Shown here in pieces: positions 61,201 to 64,000 of a DNA stretch of 64,000 bases. This DNA comes from Prorocentrum cordatum (taxonomy: Eukaryota): the NCBI GenBank assembly GCA_963575745.1, contig CAUYUJ010000209.1:1-64000 (forward strand). Direction: 5' to 3'. How positions within the stretch are numbered: the first letter of the stretch is position 1; every line of letters begins with the position of its first letter. A model generated the notes under the pieces. That model was not told where the DNA came from and ran no database searches. It was given only the letters and a program-made list of their open reading frames with translations. The position numbers were made by a program, and so were the translations under genes.

Positions 61201-63687
61201 GGTAGGGTGTGTCTCCAGCACTCGCTCGGGCAGCACCGTATGGGCAGCTCTGGAAGCCATGAACCCAAAAATGCTGGCACCTCCAGGCGCATCTTTTTTG
61301 AACGCCCGAATTCTCTGGGGGAACTGCAGTCGGGGCTAACTTCACTGTGGGCCCCCGAGGCGAGAACCCGTAGCTACCCATGACTGCCCCCAACCCCGAT
61401 GATTCGGGAGGGTTGGACGACCAAGTCATCAAGGATAACTGCAGTCTGGGTTAACTCTGGTTTGGGCCCCCGAAGCACGAATCTGCAGCTACCCCTAACC
61501 ACCCCCAACCCTGATGACTCGGGGCTCTGACATGTACCTCCGCCCACGGATCTGCCCCCCAGACCCCCGACGTCGTGATTTTTTCACCACGTCGACTCCC
61601 CTGGAGGTCTGGACCCCTTCCCGGGCACCGGCTTCTCATCCTTCCGTCGTTATTTTTAACGGTCCAGGGGCCCGGCGAGGGCCCCCGGAGGCTGCAGATA
61701 TCGACCAACCTCCCGTCGTGGTTTTTGTCGCAACGCGAGGGGGGTCTGGGCCCTGTTGGCTTCTGCCGACATCCTTTTTTCAACGCGACTCCCATAGCCT
61801 AGGAAGTTTAGCGGGGGCTCCAGCAACTACCGAGTAAACGACGCGGCGCGATCAAGGTCGATCGAAGCCCTGATAGCGAACGGCGGGCCCGGGGCGACAA
61901 GGCGGCAAGCCCCTCTGCCGACATCCGCCGCCTTCCGCCGATGAAGGGGTGTCAACCCCTGCGGCGCTCGAAGGCGAGGCTCTGTCTCTGGTGCGCCCCA
62001 TCGTGTCTCCGGCCCTCGCCCAGGCCACGCCGTGTGCATCCAGCTTCCGCAGCAGGGCGTGGCCTGCCAGCGTGGCCAGACCCCCTCGCGCTGTGAAAAA
62101 ACACACGACGATAATAGTTGCTTCGCTATTTTCGGTCTCCAGGGGCTCTTGCTGGGCCTCGGGACCGTCCAAAAACGATTCAGGATAAGAAAACGGTCCC
62201 AGGGAAGGGGTCCAAACCTCTGGGGGTCAACGTTGCGAAAAAACACACGACATCTTGGGTCTGCGTGGGTCATACCGCCGAGCCTGGCTCTCCTCTGCAC
62301 ACTCCTCCGCCTCCTCCTCCTCCTCCTCCTCCTCCTCGTCCTCCTCCTCCTCCTCCTCCTCCTCCTCCTCCTCCTCCTCCTCCTCCTCCTCCTCCTCCTC
62401 CTGCGTGGACCCGAGATCTGTTGACGAGCATCTCTGCTGATTGACTTGCAGCTCCACATCTGCGCGTTGGGCGAGGGCGACCCCGTGCCAAAGGCCACGC
62501 TCGAGGGCGGGTCAGAGCGACGGTAAGCTGCACCAGTCTCGAGTCAGCAACGCAGCAAGTCGTCATGGCTGGGCACTTTCTCCGGACGGCACGACGGGAT
62601 GCAGTCAGTTAGTAGGAGGCAACTACTGGGAGGTGTTCGTCGGAAAGATGAAGGAGGATTAAGCCCCGTTTGGGAGCTGTTACGCCGGAGTGGGCCTCGG
62701 GTCAAGCGGTACTAAGCCGGATTAAGCGGGATCAAGCGGGATTAAGCGGGATCAAGCCGAATTAAGCCGGATTAAGCCGGATTCAGCCGGATTTGGGACC
62801 AGGGGAAAGTCAGAATTTGACCTCCCAGGAGGTTGCATCCGAACACGATGGGATGGAATCTGCTCTGTGGCCTAAAGCATGTCGCCAAAAACTTCAATAT
62901 GCCTTCTGGCGGGACAAGGGGGTGAGGGAGAAGTGGGGGGGAAGCGGAAGTGGGAGGGGGGGACGGCTGTAGAGGGGGGAGGGGATGGAAGGGGAAGGGA
63001 GAGTGGGACGAGTAGGGGAAGGCAGAATCAGCCAGAATCGAATCAGCGAAAATCGAATCGCACCGGGACGTGCACTGGACTCGGCTGCGTCGGCACGGCG
63101 TCGGAGTCGAATCGGATCGGCTGCGCAGGGATATACAACAGCGCCGTGCGGGCAACGGGCCTCACCAGACCGCCAAAACATCGGAATCGAATCGGACATG
63201 GCCGGCCAGAACCGACATCGAAAGGACTCGATCGGATCGAGGTGCCCCCTGGCGAGGTGGAAGGGGCGGGAGGGAAAGAGGGAGCGAGGACGGGGAGAGA
63301 AATGTGAGCGGCGAGGGTGAAGCAAGAAACACTTGCATGAGCATACACACTGTTGGAGGTCCGCGCAAATGTCTTGGATCGGCGATGCGCCAGGCGCGCC
63401 GCCAGGGGGGTGTCCGGCGCAGTTCCACGACATCCGCGCGGACCACCGAGAGTTCATGACCATGCCGCTCCTCGCCATCGCTCGGACGTCCATTCCTCGT
63501 GTTTTTTGTCGACTTCGTGCGTGTGTTTTTTCGCCACATGATCAAGGCTGCTCCTCGATGGCCGTCGCCGAGAAAAAAATGCACACGTCCGAGCGATGCC
63601 GAGGCTCTTGCCTTCGGGAAGGTCGGAGGACGGGAAGGCAACCCCGCGCGGCAGCAGGCCCGCGCCTGGCACCGGCGCCAGGTGCTC
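2630..63687 (-). CDS. Partial multi-exon gene: RRM RNA-binding protein with Gly/Gln/Trp-rich low-complexity region (11 exons in window; 5' and 3' ends outside)
   Basis: Exons 63687-63612, 62459-62401, 59495-59388, 53696-53612, 48677-48594, 47234-47116, 39650-39597, 30188-30120, 26018-25962, 16122-16033 and 2680-2630 all have AG acceptors and GC/GA/GT donors. They join in phase into 284 stop-free codons ending ...DGTGVFFGGLLKDVTEDALMAFAETVGPVK|FIKIFTDAEGKPRSCGK (RRM RNP2, helix, start of RNP1). GC3 is high in this frame. Confidence 0.8.
4641..4829. mobile_element. Second copy of the same MITE family
   Basis: TAAGTCGGGCGTGTCCCCCTGCAGGGGGAT ... CCCCCAGTAGGGGGACAGGCCCGACTTGA with similar AT-rich core. 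Confidence 0.85.
5244..5580. repeat. (CT)n/(AT)n microsatellite region
   Basis: Direct reading; similar tract at 40815-41160. Confidence 0.9.
7504..8520 (-). mobile_element. 5'-truncated LINE fragment (post-RT and C-terminal zinc-knuckle-like region)
   Basis: ORF 7504-8847 contains ..GATQSRTR..RRCRFRDHPLLSVRHLWQECPQF..R.., the CxxC..H...C type motif ending LINE ORF2; no YADD core seen. Confidence 0.7.
12959..13987. mobile_element. Non-autonomous element with sub-terminal inverted repeats and terminal hairpins, GGCCCAAGA-rich interior (Helentron/Helitron2-like; related 31776-32179, fragments 10080-10670, 27585-27720, 42040-42330)
   Basis: Left ATCCGCCGCCCC + hairpin CCCCTGCTTGCAGGGG + GGCGTGCT; right GGGGCGGCGG + hairpin CGCCGTAGGCG + AT. 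Confidence 0.55.
14353..14467. mobile_element. MITE family C (also 1587-1719, 31625-31747, 63355-63448; partials 22678-22750, 25075-25165, 63963-64000)
   Basis: TIR CGGAGGTCCGCG ... CGCGGACCTCCG with core TTCTTGGATCGGCGCTG. Confidence 0.75.
16033..16122 (-). CDS. Host-gene exon: DGTGVFFGGLLKDVTEDALMAFAETVGPVK (RRM RNP2 + helix 1)
   Basis: TAG|GAC acceptor, AAG|GC donor; VFFGGL..DVTE..L...F...G.V is the canonical start of an RRM. Confidence 0.85.
16535..18178. repeat. Tandem array, 101-bp unit, about 16 copies
   Basis: Unit CGCCGTCCCTGGGGGGCTGCGATCTGCCACACTGTCGCCACTTTCGAGGGCTGCTGGTGGGTCCTGCGGAGTGAGGCACCGCGGGGATCTGAGCGGGACCT; starts at 16739, 16840, 16941, 17042, 17143... Confidence 0.95.
22141..22379. 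mobile_element. MITE family F (also ~35240-35457)
   Basis: AGGCCTCC..ATGGGG..AGTAGATG ... CATCTACT..CCCCAT..GGAGGCCT ends; internal CATCGGCGATG palindromes. Confidence 0.75.
23570..23870 (+). repeat. Dispersed repeat shared with ~35620-35890
   Basis: GGCTCTCCGGCGG, CGG.GAGGCGCAGCTGCCGGAA, CCCCGAG, CTCGAACCTC blocks in both copies. Confidence 0.6.
23870..24300. repeat. Dispersed repeat with an inverted relative at ~61900-62280
   Basis: Shared blocks GTCGTGT..TTTT, TTCCC.GGGAC.G.TTT..T.CTGAATCG.TTT..GACGG.CCCGAGGC, CCCCTGGAG, CACAGCGCGA.GGGG. Confidence 0.6.
25962..26018 (-). CDS. Host-gene exon: EFLDRFFKGWDAGELLEGK
   Basis: CAG|GAG acceptor, AAG|GC donor, phase 0 to 0. Confidence 0.8.
26052..26211 (+). 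mobile_element. Dispersed ~160-bp element, family A (also 4214-4433, 16201-16352, 30217-30376, 31753-31778 + 32180-32326, 48421-48584)
   Basis: GGGGCCC.GGGACACACAAATAAATACAC..GGATTCCCCATAT..CCCCCCACTTCCCATATTTT..GGGAATCGACGATTAATTGTGTCTGTGTGTTTTCCCC; six copies, all in the same orientation. Confidence 0.85.
27920..28285 (-). mobile_element. LINE 3'-terminal fragment between (CCT)n tracts
   Basis: AYCSRCGAFGSERSRFVREPCNGGP..SLRLLKSGVDPSNG then stop; Cys-rich tail resembling LINE C-termini; flanked both sides by CCT repeats. Confidence 0.55.
28480..29430. repeat. Degenerate tandem array, ~90-bp unit, about 11 copies
   Basis: Recurring GGGGCCACGAAACGTGTGAGGGGTGTGCCGAAAT..GGTGCCATGCGAACGCAGCCACTGGG.CCTTCGGTGGAGCTCC at ~90-bp spacing. 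Confidence 0.9.
30120..30188 (-). CDS. Host-gene exon: EQWILFTERFGQGGKRDPKFYDV
   Basis: CAG|GAG acceptor, GTG|GA donor, phase 0 to 0, near-total GC3. Confidence 0.8.
33427..33951 (-). CDS. TRM10: Trm10 terminal exon(s): DLEELSREDIYVIGGLVDR...DWRAVLADCLPT, then tail to TGA
   Basis: GAG|GAC acceptor; SPOUT motif YVIGGLVDR; frame open to TGA at 33427-33429. Confidence 0.8.
   Translation of the reverse strand, partial: DLEELSREDIYVIGGLVDRFVLKGTVRRQAEEHGATRLRRLPLRRYGPRGAHPVLNVDCVVRILARMAQPASDWRAVLADCLPTSRVLPEVHLAQGTPRVLGGAPDGLQGTPHEAQRAPGPPKRSEKLEAPGARSTSSNTRARHARRLGEGGGAGSARSADGREEAQEPQRAPR
33427..37839 (-). CDS. TRM10: tRNA (guanine(9)-N1)-methyltransferase, Trm10/SPOUT family; multi-exon, nested in host-gene intron 30189-39596
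   Basis: Exons approx. 37839-37516, 36762-36731, 36545-36498, 34777-34582, 34384-34160, 33951-33427 (the last contains a TIR element, 33530-33696). Spliced product has Trm10 motifs: VLISCSFAEAMGPREQFSLAKQ..AY, LHLTS, IVVLSPDA.E.LEEL...DIYVIGGLVDR...KG....A...G..RRLPL..Y....PVLNV..VV.IL, DW..VL...LP, plus a basic RERRR N-terminal stretch. Start codon (37839 or in-frame 37962), the exon1/2 junction and the last intron are uncertain. Confidence 0.9.
33530..33696. mobile_element. TIR element (~40-bp TIR) in TRM10 3' end
   Basis: CGGGTGTTGCTAGAAGTGCTCCTGGCCCCAGGTGCC vs reverse complement of right end CGGGTGTTGCCAGAAGTACATCTGGCCCAAGGTACC; GCT duplicated at flanks. Confidence 0.8.
33955..34157. mobile_element. 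CTTCT(C/G)AGAAG-family MITE forming a TRM10 intron (other copies ~360-560, 14531-14696, 20588-20779)
   Basis: TIR GGCGGCGCGC..GGGGGGAAA, internal palindromic CTTCTCAGAAG/CTTCTGAGAAG units, GAGGA direct repeat at both junctions. Confidence 0.8.
34160..34384 (-). CDS. TRM10: Trm10 exon: EQFSLAKQAQMAY...IVVLSPDADE
   Basis: GAG|GAG acceptor, GAG|GA donor, 225 nt, phase 0 to 0. Confidence 0.85.
34582..34777 (-). CDS. TRM10: Trm10 exon: (R)MEAADAAWAEMSDEER...KVLISCSFAEAMGPR
   Basis: AG|G acceptor, AGG|GA donor; joins in frame to EQFSLAKQ. Confidence 0.8.
36548..36723. mobile_element. MITE with ~35-bp TIRs and 9-bp TSD, forming a TRM10 intron
   Basis: TATGTCGGGCGTGTCCCCCTACAGGGGGATTTTCG ... CGAAAATCCCCCTGTAGGGGGACAGGCCCGACTTCA; TSD CGCGCGCCT at 36539-36547 and 36724-36732; AT-rich core. 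Confidence 0.92.
37981..38023 (-). other. Tandem relict dinoflagellate spliced-leader sequences upstream of TRM10
   Basis: Minus strand CTCATCCTGCTC-AGCCGTTTGGGCTCGAG-CCATCCTGGCCAAC; central part is 14/17 to DinoSL AGCCATTTTGGCTCAAG, flanked by more degenerate CCATTTTGGCTCAAG-like units. Confidence 0.65.
38440..38790. repeat. Degenerate ~58-bp tandem repeat
   Basis: Recurring G(T/C)GGCGAATCCTCGG..CAC..CCACGGGCGG, about six units. Confidence 0.75.
39391..39544. mobile_element. Fold-back hairpin MITE family D (also 24749-24901)
   Basis: Nearly fully palindromic GGGGGCCACATGCGAACCC..CCCACGATTTCTGA..TCAGAAATCGTGGG..GGCCCCC; TA on both sides of this copy. Confidence 0.85.
39597..39650 (-). CDS. 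Host-gene exon: EKVRDRVKQLQKTDMVGK
   Basis: CAG|GAG acceptor, AAG|GA donor, phase 0 to 0, near-total GC3. Confidence 0.8.
43089..46121 (-). mobile_element. Degenerate non-LTR retrotransposon (LINE; APE endonuclease + RT + C-terminal Cys motif), frameshifted
   Basis: Motifs in order across frames: VLGDW(T)F, SRLDRL, SDHVPV (EN); SRPGPDGIP, TRLLSMANTDAKLL, DFAAA, GVRQGDPSSMALYVLCLDP, AHADD, GLALNVGKC, KYL (RT); CIFGC..D...YKFC near the C-terminus. Confidence 0.92.
46131..46152 (-). other. Full-length DinoSL-like 22-mer at LINE 5' end
   Basis: TCCGTTGACGTTTTGGCTCAAG vs DCCGTAGCCATTTTGGCTCAAG, 19/22; followed by ATGCTCAAG. Confidence 0.8.
47116..47234 (-). CDS. Host-gene exon: (G)MQ(GGNQW)5GGQTWPDNRTHE
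   Basis: CAG|GC acceptor, GAG|GA donor, phase 1 to 0; contains five perfect 15-nt coding repeats. Confidence 0.8.
47634..47830. mobile_element. MITE family E, PIF/Harbinger-like ends (also 53385-53580)
   Basis: TIR GCTGCCCCGATACGC ... GCGTATCGAGGCAGC flanked by TTA/TAA; two highly similar copies. Confidence 0.85.
48594..48677 (-). CDS. Host-gene exon: (G)GCGGCGGCPQWGMQGQGGWGGDQWAMQ
   Basis: GAG|GT acceptor, CAAG|GC donor, phase 1 to 1. Confidence 0.8.
50558..52160. repeat. Old tandem duplication, ~740-bp period (2 full + 1 partial units)
   Basis: TTAAGAC..TTCGCTCT.A.CTGCTCG..CC..TCG.TA.C.G.CC.T.CGT..GGGG..TA recurs at ~50558, 51312, 52038. Confidence 0.75.
52385..52985. repeat. Minisatellite with GGGGCCACGAAGGGC core, ~21-bp period
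   Basis: Direct reading of repeated GGGGCCACGAAGGGC(A/T)GC. Confidence 0.9.
53612..53696 (-). CDS. Host-gene exon: GKGWQQPGSGGAGDGAVVAWNPAGQMVQ
   Basis: GAG|GGC acceptor, CAGG|GT donor, phase 0 to 1; gives KGKGKGW across the junction. Confidence 0.75.
57850..58420 (-). pseudogene. Possible LINE C-terminal fragment
   Basis: LDAAQRRV and Trp-rich GDLHIHAPRM..HWFVDW in alternating frames; weak. Confidence 0.3.
59388..59495 (-). CDS. Host-gene exon: DGPWTKRPEPEPEPSASSADAGGRGAQREARQDKGK
   Basis: CAG|GAC acceptor, AAG|GC donor, phase 0 to 0, very high GC3. Confidence 0.7.
61031..61339 (+). pseudogene. Possible LINE RT N-terminal fragment
   Basis: SWMHITMAVMPGHKRAEHFQKKTVGCVSS..VWAAL resembles W....LIPK......FR.I.L.S of LINE RT domains 1-2; degenerate. 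Confidence 0.35.
62401..62459 (-). CDS. Host-gene exon: (D)VELQVNQQRCSSTDLGSTQ
   Basis: CAG|AT acceptor, CAG|GA donor abutting (GAG)n, phase 1 to 0; bridges the phases of flanking exons. Confidence 0.5.
62712..62792. repeat. 10-bp tandem repeat (T(T/C)AAGC(C/G)GGA)
   Basis: TAAGCCGGATTAAGCGGGATCAAGCGGGA... Confidence 0.8.
63470..63605. mobile_element. MITE family B (also 3367-3497, 59532-59666)
   Basis: TIR CATCGCTCGGACGT ... ACGTCCGAGCGATG; shared core CTCGATGGTCCTCGCCG..AAATGCACAC. Confidence 0.85.
63612..63687 (-). CDS. Host-gene exon: EHLAPVPGAGLLPRGVAFPSSDLPE
   Basis: CAG|GAG acceptor, GAAG|GC donor, phase 0 to 1; matches phase of next exon. Confidence 0.6.
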
Positions 63688-63837
63688 CTGGGGGCGCCGC
63701 GCCCAAGGAGCGCCGCCGGGCACCGCCCGGGGGGGGCCACCCGCCCCGCCCCACCCTCGGATGGAGGAGGCGGGGCGGGCGGGCCCGGGCGGCACCCAGC
63801 CTGCACTATAGGGGAACAAGCAGTGGCATAAACATAG

Positions 63838-63964
63838 AAACGAAGGATTGCAAAAAAACGAAGGATTGCAAAAAAAACAAGGATTGCAAAAAAACGAAGG
63901 ATTGCAAAAAAAACCTTCGTAGGATTGCAAAAAAAACCTTCGTTCAAGGGTTTTTTTGCAATCC
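63838..63964. repeat. ~18-bp tandem repeat AAGGATTGCAAAAAAAC with an inverted terminal copy
   Basis: Five direct units then TTTTTTTGCAATCC. Confidence 0.8.
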
Positions 63965-64000
63965 GGAGGTCCGCGCGGATCTCTCGGATCGGCGCTGGGG

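Noticed and set aside
62712..62792. Interstitial telomere
   Set aside because: The unit is a 10-mer TTAAGCCGGA, not TTTAGGG.

Overview
GC-rich, microsatellite- and MITE-saturated eukaryotic DNA. GC/GA splice donors and dinoflagellate spliced-leader (DinoSL) relicts point to a dinoflagellate (Prorocentrum-like; inferred). Nearly all ORFs in the supplied track are repeat artefacts. Reading by hand gives four layers. (1) One minus-strand gene spans the whole window as 11 micro-exons (63687 to 2630, 852 nt, one continuous frame, both ends outside the window). It encodes a Gly/Gln/Trp-rich region with (GGNQW)5, a short helical module and an RRM. (2) A tRNA m1G9 methyltransferase gene (Trm10) is nested on the same strand inside one 9.4-kb intron of that gene. 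It is preceded by tandem SL relicts (a retrogene signature), and several of its introns are TIR elements whose target-site duplications supply both splice sites (introner-like). (3) A degenerate EN+RT LINE has a 19/22 match to the full DinoSL at its 5' end; smaller LINE fragments also occur. (4) Many MITE families, Helentron-like elements, and 101-bp, ~90-bp and ~21-bp tandem arrays fill the introns. All exon calls and family assignments are by eye; no database searches were run.
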